Under the pieces are notes generated by a model that was not told the DNA's origin, searched no databases, and saw nothing but the letters and a program-made list of their open reading frames with translations. From NCBI GenBank assembly GCA_032117235.1, contig JAULZW010000012.1:3230-67229 (forward strand): a stretch of 64,000 nucleotides of DNA, in the 5' to 3' direction. Every line of letters begins with the position of its first letter. The stretch's first letter is position 1. Positions 9,492 to 19,855 of this stretch are shown here, one piece after another. This stretch comes from Minisyncoccota bacterium. GTDB taxonomy: Bacteria > Patescibacteriota > Minisyncoccia > SW-4-49-11. The translations under genes were made by a program, and so were the position numbers.

Positions 9492-11048
9492 TTATTTCTG
9501 TAATGTTATAAATTTACCAAATTTAGTGCCTAGTAGCCACTTTTGATAACCTAATAAAGTAACAAATAATCTACTGACCGTAATAGCGGTAAATAAACTA
9601 ACTACTATACCAATTACTAAAGTTAAACCAAATCCTCTAACCACTCCAGAGGCTAGATAAAATAGAATAAGAGCTGAAATTAAAGTAGTAACCTGAGAGT
9701 CACGAATAGATTCCCATGCTCTTCTAAATCCCTCTTGAGTACTTGCGTCAAAGTCTCTACCACTTTTAAGCTCCTCTTTCATCCTCTCAAAAATAAGAAC
9801 ATTACCATCTACAGCTAGACCGATACTAACTATAAATCCAGTAATACCAGCAATGGTAAGAGTAAATCCAAATAAATTAAATATAGCTAAGACTAAAATT
9901 GAATATATAGCTAAAGCAAATACCGCAACAACTCCTAAAGCCCTATAAAAAACAATCATAAAAATAGCAACTAATAATAGTCCTACAGCTCCAGCTTTTA
10001 TACTCTGATATAAAGACTCTATACCTAAGCTAGCCTCAACGGTTTGTTGAGATGTAATCGTAATTGGTACTGGTAAAGCTCCAGCATTGAGTCCATCTAC
10101 TAATTCTTTAGCTGAGGTAGCTGTAAAGTCTCCAGAAATAGTAGCTTGACCATTTGGAATTTCTTGGTTAATACGAGGAGCACTAATTACATCCCCATCT
10201 AAAAGTATATATAATATTTCTCCAATATTATTTTTGGTAAAGTCAGCAAATCTCTTTTTGCCTTCATCATCAAAACTAACTCCTACTTGTGGCTGTTGAG
10301 TTTGAGGATCAAAAACAACCTCAGCAGTTTTGATATTTTTTCCTGTTAATACAGCTGGCTCTATAAAGTATGGATTTTGAAATTTTTCAAAATTTCCAGT
10401 TTTGAATTGTTCTAATAGTTGCTTAGTTTCTTCAGCAGGACGAGCTTGATAGAAAGTTAAGTTTGGAGTTTGGCCAATTTGTTTAACCGCTTCTTCAGGA
10501 TTTTCAATACCAGCAAGCTCCACTACTAATCTAACAGTATCTCCTTCCTCTAAATATATTCTTGGCTCACTCACTCCAAAACTATCTACTCTCTTAGTAA
10601 CAACTTTTTGTAAACTATCTAAAGCCTGACTTTTATCAGATTCACTTACCTCACTCAAATCAACATCATAAACTACTCTAACACCACCTTGTAAATCTAG
10701 ACCTAGTATAAATGTATTGTCTGGTAATTTAGAGACTTCTCTTTGGGCCAACCATTGATCAAAACCTCTTTGTTTAAAAGGTAATTGTTCCCAATTAGAT
10801 AATTTCTCAATTCTAGAATTCAGATAATCTACAGCTATATTAGCTGGTTTTGCATAAATATAAAATAAAGATGTTATAGATAATAAAACTATTCCTATAG
10901 ATTGCCTTACTATATTCCCTTTTTTAGTCTTACCCTTAATACAATACCAAATAAAATTTAATAATATACTAAATGGCAACCATATTATATTCAACACATT
11001 CTTAGATAGTCTTTTCAGCCAATTCAGCATAATTTTATAGTTGGTCAA
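9492..11048 (-). CDS. secD: Protein translocase subunit SecD
   Basis: LGLDLQGG motif, a large periplasmic domain and a C-terminal RND-like TM bundle. Adjacent to secF. Confidence 0.8.
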   Translation of the reverse strand: MTNYKIMLNWLKRLSKNVLNIIWLPFSILLNFIWYCIKGKTKKGNIVRQSIGIVLLSITSLFYIYAKPANIAVDYLNSRIEKLSNWEQLPFKQRGFDQWLAQREVSKLPDNTFILGLDLQGGVRVVYDVDLSEVSESDKSQALDSLQKVVTKRVDSFGVSEPRIYLEEGDTVRLVVELAGIENPEEAVKQIGQTPNLTFYQARPAEETKQLLEQFKTGNFEKFQNPYFIEPAVLTGKNIKTAEVVFDPQTQQPQVGVSFDDEGKKRFADFTKNNIGEILYILLDGDVISAPRINQEIPNGQATISGDFTATSAKELVDGLNAGALPVPITITSQQTVEASLGIESLYQSIKAGAVGLLLVAIFMIVFYRALGVVAVFALAIYSILVLAIFNLFGFTLTIAGITGFIVSIGLAVDGNVLIFERMKEELKSGRDFDASTQEGFRRAWESIRDSQVTTLISALILFYLASGVVRGFGLTLVIGIVVSLFTAITVSRLFVTLLGYQKWLLGTKFGKFITLQK

Positions 11049-11049
11049 A

Positions 11050-11328
11050 TTACATTCCCATGCCCATCTCAGACGCTACTTCTTTTTGTAAATCTTTTTT
11101 AGCAGATTCGATTGTCTCAATTATAGTTTTTTCTAATCTTGATTTATCCTGCATTAGCTCATCGCTAATTTTTAATTCTTTGATAGCCTGAGTCCCATCC
11201 ATAGTAACAGAAACTCCTTTATAATCTTTAGTAATTCTTTTTTTAGCTAACTTTTTTTGTAGCTTTTGCATCTCAGAAAATTGAGAAAACATTTCTTTTG
11301 CTTGATTAAATCCATCGAACATTCCCAT
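11050..11328 (-). CDS. ybaB: YbaB/EbfC nucleoid-associated protein
   Basis: 92 aa. The MGMFDGFNQ start and the coiled-coil dimer pattern typical of YbaB, with conserved small size. Confidence 0.75.
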   Translation of the reverse strand: MGMFDGFNQAKEMFSQFSEMQKLQKKLAKKRITKDYKGVSVTMDGTQAIKELKISDELMQDKSRLEKTIIETIESAKKDLQKEVASEMGMGM

Positions 11329-11472
11329 ATTAATATCTATTAACTATTACTATAGTTGTAATTATAACACAAAATTTTATTTTTGAGAATAGTTTGTATT
11401 TAAATTAATAAATTATAAGAATTCTTTACCTAATTGGCGAGCAACAAAAAACATTCGCATACTTCAGAACTT

Positions 11473-12603
11473 TTACTGCTCCAAAAGTAATTTTTTATAG
11501 ACATTGTAAGTTTGTTTTGCCATATTAGACCAAGTGAATGATTTGGCTCTCTCTAATCCCTTATCTTTATATTCTTTAGCTACCATAGGGTTGTGAACTA
11601 AAGTTGTTATTGCACTTGTAATCCCTTTAAGATCATAGGGATCTAACAAGATCCCAGCACTTCCTACAACTTCAGGTAAACACGAAGAATTGGAACTAAT
11701 AACTGGAGTATTTAAACTCATAGCTTCAATTAAAGGAATACCAAAACCTTCATATAGACTCAAGTAAATAAAAACTTTAGCTTTTTTTAATAACAATATT
11801 TTTTCTTCATCTGTAATAAATCCAACAAATATTACTTTATCTTGTAGACCATATTCTGCAATTACTGTATCAATTTGAGTGTCATAATTATAGCCTTTAC
11901 CACCTGCAATTATAAATTTTAGTTTACTGTCTGAATGAAATTTTAAATATTCAGCAAAAGCCTTAATTGATGTTGGTATATTTTTACGAGGCTGAAGACT
12001 ACCAAGATATAGTATATATTCTTCTTTTAATACCATATTTACCTTTTGAGAGGTGCTAATTACTGTCGGTATATTATTTATATACCCTCCATTATATATA
12101 GTATGTACTCTCTCTAAATCTGTCCCGAAAATATTTTGGATTGCATATTTAGAGTGTTTAGATACTGTTATGATAGCATCTGATTTTTTTATTGACTGTG
12201 GAATCAAAATGTTTAATAAAAATTTATCCAAAAACTTAATATGATGCGGTACAAATTTCCAAGATATATCATGAATAGTATTGAGCATTTTGGTATACTG
12301 AGGCAAACCAAATAAAGGAGCAATATATTGAATATGTAATAAATCTATATGATATTTGTGACAAGCTCTAGGTAGTAAATATTCGGTCCATATTAACTTA
12401 GAGTTTGGCAATAAAGGAATAACTCGCCAATTTTGAGGTAAATCTTTTAAGATCTTGATTTGATACCAATCTTCTGTATCAGTAAATAAATAAAAATTAT
12501 GTCCTACCTCTAATTGGATTAAACCCTTAATTAATTCCAAAGTATAGACTTCATCACCAGTACGTTTTTTACCTATTGCTCTTATATCTATAGCTATATT
12601 CAT
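11473..12603 (-). CDS. GT4-family glycosyltransferase
   Basis: EGFGIPLIEAMSLNTPVISSNSSCLPEVVG, the classic GT-B/GT4 EX7E region. Confidence 0.8.
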   Translation of the reverse strand: MNIAIDIRAIGKKRTGDEVYTLELIKGLIQLEVGHNFYLFTDTEDWYQIKILKDLPQNWRVIPLLPNSKLIWTEYLLPRACHKYHIDLLHIQYIAPLFGLPQYTKMLNTIHDISWKFVPHHIKFLDKFLLNILIPQSIKKSDAIITVSKHSKYAIQNIFGTDLERVHTIYNGGYINNIPTVISTSQKVNMVLKEEYILYLGSLQPRKNIPTSIKAFAEYLKFHSDSKLKFIIAGGKGYNYDTQIDTVIAEYGLQDKVIFVGFITDEEKILLLKKAKVFIYLSLYEGFGIPLIEAMSLNTPVISSNSSCLPEVVGSAGILLDPYDLKGITSAITTLVHNPMVAKEYKDKGLERAKSFTWSNMAKQTYNVYKKLLLEQ

Positions 12604-12606
12604 ATC

Positions 12607-14466
12607 TTACTCTTTAAAACCTCTATTCTGATAATACCACTCATATACTTTTTTAGTAATAGGGATAGTGGTTTTAAAACTCTCATCGCCTTCCTCTACA
12701 AGTACAATTATAGATATTTGGGGCTTTTCTGTTGGGCCATAAGAAACAAACCAAGAATTATTTTTAACTCTACCAGTTTGAGCAGTCCCAGTTTTACCAG
12801 CAGTTGAGAAAGGTAAGTCCTTTAGTTGATAAGCTGTCCCATCTGTAATAGTTTGGCGCATTGCTTCTTTTATTATATTATAATTTTCTTCAGCTACTGG
12901 AACTTCTTTTAAAAGATTGTTTTCTTTTACTTCTGAGTCTAATTGATCATCTTTTCTAATTCCTTGATATAAATAAGGTTTATATAATTTACCTTTAGTA
13001 GCAATGGCATTAACACTATTAAGAATTTGTATTGGAGTTGCAAGCATCCCACCTTGTCCAATAGAGGCATTATAGGTGTCTCCCAAAAGCCAAGATTCTT
13101 TTTTTGTTTCCTGTTTCCAAGTAGCATCGGCTACATTACCCTTAACTTCACCAGTTAAATCAATTTGTGTATACGATCCGAAACCATAATATCTATAATA
13201 TTGTGCTAATTTTTCAATTCCCAAACCTTTTTGTTTTGGAGTTCCACCCACAAAAGTGTAATAAAATACATTAACAGAATCAGAAATAGATTTATAAGTA
13301 TTAGAAATACCATGAATTTTCCAATCTGGATATACAAAGGGTTGATCTGGATTATAAGGATTGTCTACTATTAATTTACCAATAGGATCATTAATGGTAG
13401 TATTAGCTGTAATAATACCTTCCTGAAGTAAACCAGTAGCAATCAGTGGTTTCACTGTTGAAGCTGGTGCATATTCTCCACCTATACATCTATTTAGAAG
13501 AGGGTTATCTTTATTTGCTAATAAATTATCATACTCTTCTTGACTAATACCTTTTGTAAATAAATTATTATCAAAACTTGGAAGACTAACCATTGCTAAA
13601 ACCTCACCTCTTTGGGGATCCATAACTATAGCAGCTGCTTTTGTTAAATCTGTCCCAGCCAACACCTCTTGTATACTATCTTGTAATACTTTCTGTAATT
13701 CTGCATCAATAGTTAATTGTATTGAGATACCATTCTGTACTGACTTAATAGGTATTTCGCCATTACGAGGATTTATTATACCATAATCTCCCTTTAATTT
13801 AGTCTCATAAACCTTTTCAATACCCTTTTTACCAATAATATCATCTCTTAAATATCTTGGGTTATTATCTATATCTATATTAGATAATTTACCAGTATAT
13901 CCTATTAAGTGTGAGAAATATTGTGCATCTGGATATCTCCTAATATTAGACCTAGACAATTCAAATCCAGGATATTTATCCTGACTAACTTCAAATGCTA
14001 TGGCTTGTTCCTGAGGAACACTATCTAATAGCACTATTTCTTCTTCCTGACTACTCAAATCTTGATTGAAAGTTTCTTCGTCTAAATTAAAAAATTTTTT
14101 GATATCTTGCACAACTTGAGTCCTTAAATCTTCGTCTTTAGGCAACAATTTAGGTTTAAATATTAAAGAAAACACTACCTCATTATAAGCCAATATAACA
14201 CCATTCCTATCATAGATATTACCTCTTAATGGCTTAATATAATTTTTACTTATAATTCTAGATTGAACTAAATCTTGTTCTTTTGTATTACCAAATTGCA
14301 ATTGAAAAACACGGAACCAGAATAATCCTATGGCAAGTATAATTATAATTCCTAAAAATATAACCCGCTTATAATTATCTAAATCATTAATGTATAGAGC
14401 TGAATTTCCATCTCTATCTAAAAATAAATCTTCTGGAGTAATATCGTTATCAAATAGATTTTTCAT
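12607..14466 (-). CDS. mrdA: Class B penicillin-binding protein PBP2 (peptidoglycan D,D-transpeptidase)
   Basis: N-terminal TM anchor. STVKP (SxxK) and KTGTAQ motifs. It sits directly downstream of mreBCD. Confidence 0.85.
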   Translation of the reverse strand: MKNLFDNDITPEDLFLDRDGNSALYINDLDNYKRVIFLGIIIILAIGLFWFRVFQLQFGNTKEQDLVQSRIISKNYIKPLRGNIYDRNGVILAYNEVVFSLIFKPKLLPKDEDLRTQVVQDIKKFFNLDEETFNQDLSSQEEEIVLLDSVPQEQAIAFEVSQDKYPGFELSRSNIRRYPDAQYFSHLIGYTGKLSNIDIDNNPRYLRDDIIGKKGIEKVYETKLKGDYGIINPRNGEIPIKSVQNGISIQLTIDAELQKVLQDSIQEVLAGTDLTKAAAIVMDPQRGEVLAMVSLPSFDNNLFTKGISQEEYDNLLANKDNPLLNRCIGGEYAPASTVKPLIATGLLQEGIITANTTINDPIGKLIVDNPYNPDQPFVYPDWKIHGISNTYKSISDSVNVFYYTFVGGTPKQKGLGIEKLAQYYRYYGFGSYTQIDLTGEVKGNVADATWKQETKKESWLLGDTYNASIGQGGMLATPIQILNSVNAIATKGKLYKPYLYQGIRKDDQLDSEVKENNLLKEVPVAEENYNIIKEAMRQTITDGTAYQLKDLPFSTAGKTGTAQTGRVKNNSWFVSYGPTEKPQISIIVLVEEGDESFKTTIPITKKVYEWYYQNRGFKE

Positions 14467-14878
14467 ATACTTTTAATTTTTCAGCCATATAAAGTACTAT
14501 ACCTATCCCAATCCCATTTACTGATGTATATATCCCCCAATTAATATAATCTATATTAAATTTATTCAGTATTAAGTGAGAAAATGATAAAAATATAGTA
14601 GCCATAATGCTCTGTACGGGCCAGCTTTTATCAAGAGTAATACTGCCAATATACACAAATGTACTCCATAGAAAATAATACAAGGCAAATTGCCACCACG
14701 GAGTCAAACTAGAGACTTGTAATATTAATACAATTATAATATTCCATATTAATAAAGCCCAATATTGACGATCTAAAATATAAACAATCAGAGTTCCTAG
14801 AAAAAACAATGGGAAAAATATACTAGGTATTATAATATGTAAAAATATGCCGAGTAATAATATTAAACTCAATACCAT
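14450..14878 (-). CDS. mreD: Rod shape-determining protein MreD
   Basis: Small polytopic membrane protein lying between mreC and mrdA. Confidence 0.65.
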   Translation of the reverse strand: MVLSLILLLGIFLHIIIPSIFFPLFFLGTLIVYILDRQYWALLIWNIIIVLILQVSSLTPWWQFALYYFLWSTFVYIGSITLDKSWPVQSIMATIFLSFSHLILNKFNIDYINWGIYTSVNGIGIGIVLYMAEKLKVYEKSI

Positions 14879-14881
14879 AAC

Positions 14882-15610
14882 TTAAGTTTTTAAAATAAAT
14901 ACTTCGGAAAGTTGATAGAAATTAATAGGATAATTAACTATAATTTTATGGAATAAATCCCCTTCTGATACTGACTTCACTTTACCAATTTTTAAGCCGG
15001 CCGGAATGGTATCTGTAGCGGTAGTAATAATATTATTTTCTTGATTGACTGATTCTAATTTAGAAATTGAATCAACTTCAAGAGAAGTTCCGAAATTAGA
15101 TTTCAAAATACCTTGAGAAGAGTTTGCATTTTGTATAGATACTGATATTTTAATATCAGCATCATTCAAAAATTGTATTTTACTTGAATATGCAGAGACC
15201 TCCTTAACAATACCGACTAAATGACCTAAGTAAATTACTGGCTGACTTACTTTTACCCCCTCATTCTCACCAACGCCTACCAAAGCTGAGCTACGGGTAA
15301 AATTATTATCGAAAGTAATGATTTTAGCCTGAATTGGAGTAATACCAATTTCATTTTTAGTTTCAATCGCACTTTTTAGTAATTCATTTTCAGACTTCAA
15401 ATACAAAAGACTTGCTACCTCCGCTTCTAGTGCAATAACTCTAGATTGTAGCTGTTCTTGTGATAACTGATTATTTGTCTCTAACATATCTCCCAATGCA
15501 ACTAGTGGTAATTTACTCAGCATTTTACTAATAAACCCAGATAAGACTAGAGTTAATATCACAATCAAAGATATACTAGCTATAATAATAGATTTATATT
15601 GTTTTATCAT
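14882..15610 (-). CDS. mreC: Rod shape-determining protein MreC
   Basis: N-terminal TM, a coiled-coil segment, then a beta-rich domain. Sits between mreB and mreD. Confidence 0.75.
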   Translation of the reverse strand: MIKQYKSIIIASISLIVILTLVLSGFISKMLSKLPLVALGDMLETNNQLSQEQLQSRVIALEAEVASLLYLKSENELLKSAIETKNEIGITPIQAKIITFDNNFTRSSALVGVGENEGVKVSQPVIYLGHLVGIVKEVSAYSSKIQFLNDADIKISVSIQNANSSQGILKSNFGTSLEVDSISKLESVNQENNIITTATDTIPAGLKIGKVKSVSEGDLFHKIIVNYPINFYQLSEVFILKT

Positions 15611-15612
15611 AT

Positions 15613-16704
15613 CTATAAATTAGGTCTTTTACCTATATCTAGGGGAATTAATAATTCCTTAAGAGAATCCAAATCTTCCAGAACCATACCTGTTCCCCTG
15701 ACTACTACAGTCAAAGGATCAGAGGCAATCAAAGTGGGTACTCTAGTAGTATTCGTAATCAGAACATCTAAACATTTTAATAGAGCTCCACCTCCTGCAA
15801 GAATTATCCCTCTCTCCATAATATCACCAATCAATTCGGGAGGAGTCTCCTCAATTGAAGTCTTGACCGCACTAGCAATTTGCATAATAGAATTAGCCAT
15901 AGCCTTTCTAATATCAGTGTCATTCACTACAACTTCTTTTGGGAGTCCAGAAATAATGTCTCTACCTTTAACTCCCATTTCCATAGGCTCACTTAAAGCA
16001 TAGGCAGAACCAATATTAATCTTAACACTTTCAGCCGTTCTCTCTCCAATGGCTAATTTATAATGTGTACGGATATACCTAATAATATCAGTGTTTAATT
16101 TATCCCCAGCCACTCTAAGGCTTTTAGAAATTACTACACCGCCCAAAGACATTACAGCTATCTCAGTAGTTCCTCCTCCTATATCTACAATAATACTACC
16201 AGTAGCTTCTTGAATTGGAAGTCTAGCCCCAATGGCTGCCGCGATTGGCTCTTCAATCAAATATACCTCTCTTGCTCCAGCGTTACGAGTTGCATCATAT
16301 ACCGCTCTTTTTTCTACTTCTGTAACTCCAGAGGGGATACCAACTACTACTCTAGTTTTCCAATGATGTAAAAACCCCCGCTTAGTAACTTTATTTAGAA
16401 AATATTTTAGCATATGTTCAGTTATCTCAAAGTCTGAGACAACACCATTAACCAAAGGCCTAGTAGCTACAATATGGGCAGGAGTTCTACCAACCATAGT
16501 TTTAGCATCTTGACCAATAGCAAGAACTTGTCCACTTTTTTTATTCACCGCCACTACGGATGGTTCATTTATAACAATTCCTCTATTTTTTACATAGACT
16601 AAAGTATTAGCTGTACCAAGATCAATGCCAATATCTTGCCCAAATGAACCTAATAAATTAGATAATAATTTTCCCTTAGATTTTACTTGCCTACTACTTT
16701 TCAT
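15613..16704 (-). CDS. mreB: Rod shape-determining protein MreB (actin homologue). Start trimmed to the internal ATG
   Basis: MKSSRQ...LGSFGQDIGIDLGTANTLVYV matches the MreB N-terminus. The 400-aa ORF carries a 37-aa extension that overlaps the dut CDS. The ATG at 16704 removes that overlap. Confidence 0.85.
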   Translation of the reverse strand: MKSSRQVKSKGKLLSNLLGSFGQDIGIDLGTANTLVYVKNRGIVINEPSVVAVNKKSGQVLAIGQDAKTMVGRTPAHIVATRPLVNGVVSDFEITEHMLKYFLNKVTKRGFLHHWKTRVVVGIPSGVTEVEKRAVYDATRNAGAREVYLIEEPIAAAIGARLPIQEATGSIIVDIGGGTTEIAVMSLGGVVISKSLRVAGDKLNTDIIRYIRTHYKLAIGERTAESVKINIGSAYALSEPMEMGVKGRDIISGLPKEVVVNDTDIRKAMANSIMQIASAVKTSIEETPPELIGDIMERGIILAGGGALLKCLDVLITNTTRVPTLIASDPLTVVVRGTGMVLEDLDSLKELLIPLDIGKRPNL

Positions 16705-16756
16705 ATATATTCTATTGTATATGAAATTCAAAATTCTGTAAACAGTTTTATATACA

Positions 16757-17182
16757 CTAAAATTTTCCTGTACTTCCAAATCCTCCAGAACCTCTAATTC
16801 CGTCACTGACTTCATCTACAAATTCAATCTCACAATGCTCTACTTTTTGAATTAGAAGTTGAATAAATTTAGACCCTTTTTCTAAAACAACAACTTCATC
16901 AGATAAATTAATTAGAATAACTTTCATTTCACCAGTATATCCACTATCAATAACCCCTCCCAAACTTTTTAACCCCTTTTGCATAGCTACACTACTTTTG
17001 TCCCAAAATAAAGCTACATATCCAGTGGGCAAATCTATAGCCAAGCCAGTAGGGATAATAACTTTTTCTCTCGGGTGTATAATAGTTTTTTCTAAAGTAT
17101 ATAAATCCATTCCAGCGTCTGTAGAGTGAGCATAGCTGGGTAATTTTGAGTCCTTATTAAGTTTTTTGAATCTTATTTTCAT
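16757..17182 (-). CDS. dut: dUTP diphosphatase
   Basis: 141 aa. KLPSYAHSTDAGMDLYT and the later GxxDxGYxGE motifs of trimeric dUTPase. Confidence 0.85.
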   Translation of the reverse strand: MKIRFKKLNKDSKLPSYAHSTDAGMDLYTLEKTIIHPREKVIIPTGLAIDLPTGYVALFWDKSSVAMQKGLKSLGGVIDSGYTGEMKVILINLSDEVVVLEKGSKFIQLLIQKVEHCEIEFVDEVSDGIRGSGGFGSTGKF

Positions 17183-17242
17183 CCAATTTATTATAGCATA
17201 TTATGATGTTATGTTATAATAAATAAACTTAAATCTAAATTT

Positions 17243-17683
17243 ATGCCGAATATATTTTTAGCAAAAACTGAACCATCAACATTTTCTATAGATGATTTTG
17301 AAAAAGAAAACATTACTCTTTGGGATGGTGTACATAGTTATCAAGCAATTAATATAATCAAGACTTGGCAAGTTGGAGACTATGTTTTAATCTATCATTC
17401 AGTCAAAGATAAATGTTTAGTTGGTTTATCTAAGGCAATAGAAGAACCATATCATAACTTAGCTGATTCTAGATTTAGTTGGGCTTCAAAATTAAAATTT
17501 ATATATAAATTTAAGCCAAATGAAAGAATAAGCTTAGCTAAAATTAAGCAAAGTAATTTATTTGATAATTTTCTTTTAGTTACTAATAGCCGACTCTCTG
17601 TAATGCCATGCCCCGATAATTTTGTAATTTGGATAAAAGAACAAAATCCTAAATTGAAAGATTTATTAAGTAATAAAATCTAA
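17243..17683 (+). CDS. EVE (PUA-like) domain protein
   Basis: AKTEPSTFSIDDFEKENITLWDGVHSYQAINIIKTWQVGDYVLIYHS matches the EVE consensus (KSEPDEFSIDDL...WDGVRNYQARN...GDLVLFYHS). Confidence 0.6.
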   Translation: MPNIFLAKTEPSTFSIDDFEKENITLWDGVHSYQAINIIKTWQVGDYVLIYHSVKDKCLVGLSKAIEEPYHNLADSRFSWASKLKFIYKFKPNERISLAKIKQSNLFDNFLLVTNSRLSVMPCPDNFVIWIKEQNPKLKDLLSNKI

Positions 17684-17696
17684 AAAACAATAAAGT

Positions 17697-18440
17697 ATGC
17701 AGGATATTGAGCATAATATTATCTACGAATTAAATATATATTCTACAGATTTTAGCGATAAACTGATATCAATTTTGTCTAATTCAAAAATAAATAAAAT
17801 ATCCATAACTAATAAAAAACATAATACTCCTATATTAGAAATTATAAAAAAAATCAAAGATATAAATCCTAAATTAGAAATCATACCCTACTATTCCTTG
17901 AAATATAATCAACAATCTTCCACACAAGAGACTGCTTTAGCTTTTATTGAGAAGCTAAAAGCATATCAAAATCTAGGCATTAAAGAAGTTTTATTAGTAA
18001 GTGGAGTTCCCAAATCGAAATACAATACTATTCAAACTTTAGATGCTTTAAGGACAATCTATACATCAGAGCAATTACCTAAAATTGCTGTTGCTTATAA
18101 TCCTTTTCTAAATGGAATAGAGTTAGAAATGGAAAATACTTCTATTAAGTCTAAACTTCAATCTGGGATAATATCTAGTGTATATCTACAGATAGGAGTA
18201 GACTTAAAAATACTAAGAGAATCTATACAATATTTAATAAAATTACAACCAAAGCTGAGTGTTTGTATTAGTATAATTAATCCTACCCCTACCCGTCTAG
18301 CTCAATTCAATTATAGACCTTGGAAGGGAGTTTATTTACCAAAAGAGTATCTAAAATCCACAACAAATGCTATAAACATTAATCAAGATATTTATCGTTT
18401 AGCACAAGAACTAAATATAAACATTATACAAGGCGATTAA
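17697..18440 (+). CDS. Methylenetetrahydrofolate reductase (MetF)-like TIM-barrel protein, putative
   Basis: GIKEVLLVSGVPKSK vs MetF GIRHIVALRGDLPPGSGK. IAVAYNPF vs ISVAAYPE. KLQSGIISSVYLQIGVD vs KVDAGANRAITQFFFDV. A weak, remembered alignment only. Confidence 0.3.
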   Translation: MQDIEHNIIYELNIYSTDFSDKLISILSNSKINKISITNKKHNTPILEIIKKIKDINPKLEIIPYYSLKYNQQSSTQETALAFIEKLKAYQNLGIKEVLLVSGVPKSKYNTIQTLDALRTIYTSEQLPKIAVAYNPFLNGIELEMENTSIKSKLQSGIISSVYLQIGVDLKILRESIQYLIKLQPKLSVCISIINPTPTRLAQFNYRPWKGVYLPKEYLKSTTNAININQDIYRLAQELNINIIQGD

Positions 18441-18444
18441 ATTT

Positions 18445-19116
18445 ATGTTACAAGATTTATTATCTGAGCCAAGCTGGAGAAAAGCTCTATATAAAAAATT
18501 ACAAAAAGAATATATCAAAAATTTATATCAATTCATTAGATCGGAATATATAAATAATAATATTTATCCAAGTTGGGATAATATATTACTAGCTCTAAAT
18601 ATATGTCCTATAAGTCAAATCAAGGTTGTAATTATAGGACAGGATCCATATCACAAACACAATCAAGCTACTGGATTGGCCTTTAGTATACCAACTCATT
18701 CTACTATTCCACCATCACTTAATAATATATTCAAGGAAATTGAAAATGATTTAAAAATTATACCAAATCAAAATGGAGATTTATCTCGTTGGACAAAACA
18801 AGGAGTATTATTACTTAATACAACCTTAACCGTAAGAGAGCATAAACCTGCATCACATAGAAATAGAGGATGGGAAATATTTACAGATAATATAATAAAA
18901 ATTATATCTGAAGAAAAAGATCATATAGTTTTTATCCTATGGGGTAAATATGCTCAAACTAAAAAAACTCTAATAAACCAGAATAAACATCTAATTTTAG
19001 AATCAAATCACCCATCACCACTATCCGCATATAGAGGTTTTTGGGGTAATAAACATTTTAGCCAAACAAATGAATATCTAATAAAGCATAAAGTTAAACC
19101 CATAAATTGGATATAA
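18445..19116 (+). CDS. ung: Uracil-DNA glycosylase, family 1
   Basis: VVIIGQDPYHKHNQATGLAFSIP (GQDPYH motif) and HPSPLSAYRGFWGNKHFSQTNEYL (HPSPLS motif). Confidence 0.9.
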   Translation: MLQDLLSEPSWRKALYKKLQKEYIKNLYQFIRSEYINNNIYPSWDNILLALNICPISQIKVVIIGQDPYHKHNQATGLAFSIPTHSTIPPSLNNIFKEIENDLKIIPNQNGDLSRWTKQGVLLLNTTLTVREHKPASHRNRGWEIFTDNIIKIISEEKDHIVFILWGKYAQTKKTLINQNKHLILESNHPSPLSAYRGFWGNKHFSQTNEYLIKHKVKPINWI

Positions 19117-19141
19117 ACAGTAGTGCTAGTTTTTATATTTA

Positions 19142-19762
19142 TTAAATAGATAAGTTTTTAATTTCTTGTAAAATTATTTCTACACCCTCTTCTACAGTTA
19201 AATTATTGGTATTAATTTCAATAGCATCTTCTGCCTTACGCAAAGGAGAATGATCTCTTTCAATATCCTGCCTATCCCTTTTAGAAATTGATTCTAAAAT
19301 ATGTTCATAATTAGCCTCTAAACCATCTTTTTGCATTTGAGAATATCGTCTTTTAGCTCTTATTTCTAGTGAAGCTGTAAAATAAAATTTATAATTAGCA
19401 TCTGGGAACACTACCGTCCCCATATCTCTACCCTCTACGACTATATTTTTATCTTTAGCATAATTTCTTTGAATCTCAACAATTTCAGCACGAATAGAAG
19501 GAATACTAGCAATGTTAGCTACATTATCAGACACATTTTGCTCTCGCAATACATTATAATTAATATTACCATAATCTAATTCTTGAGATAATTTTAATAA
19601 AACATCTGGATCATTGAGATCCAGATGTTTTATTAAAGCATTAAAAGTAATCCAGCGATATAAAGTTCCTGAGTTGAGATTATAATATCCTAATCGTTTG
19701 GCTAATAATTCAGCTGTCGTACTCTTACCAGTTCCTGATGGACCATCTATTGTAATAACCAT
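19142..19762 (-). CDS. cmk: Cytidylate kinase
   Basis: ITIDGPSGTGKSTTAELLAKRLGYYNLNSGTLYR, a P-loop with the Cmk-specific context. Confidence 0.8.
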   Translation of the reverse strand: MVITIDGPSGTGKSTTAELLAKRLGYYNLNSGTLYRWITFNALIKHLDLNDPDVLLKLSQELDYGNINYNVLREQNVSDNVANIASIPSIRAEIVEIQRNYAKDKNIVVEGRDMGTVVFPDANYKFYFTASLEIRAKRRYSQMQKDGLEANYEHILESISKRDRQDIERDHSPLRKAEDAIEINTNNLTVEEGVEIILQEIKNLSI

Positions 19763-19855
19763 ATAATTTTTTCACTTAATCTATATAAAACCTAGAAATT
19801 ATAATATCATAAATTTTATAAGTTGTAAAAAATTAAACCTATATTTCATACATTA

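Noticed and set aside
12053-13127. ORFs 12053-12244(+) and 12939-13127(-)
   Set aside because: They are nested inside the GT4 and PBP2 genes on the opposite strand or in another frame.
15599-16003. 134-aa plus-strand ORF
   Set aside because: It is antisense to mreB.
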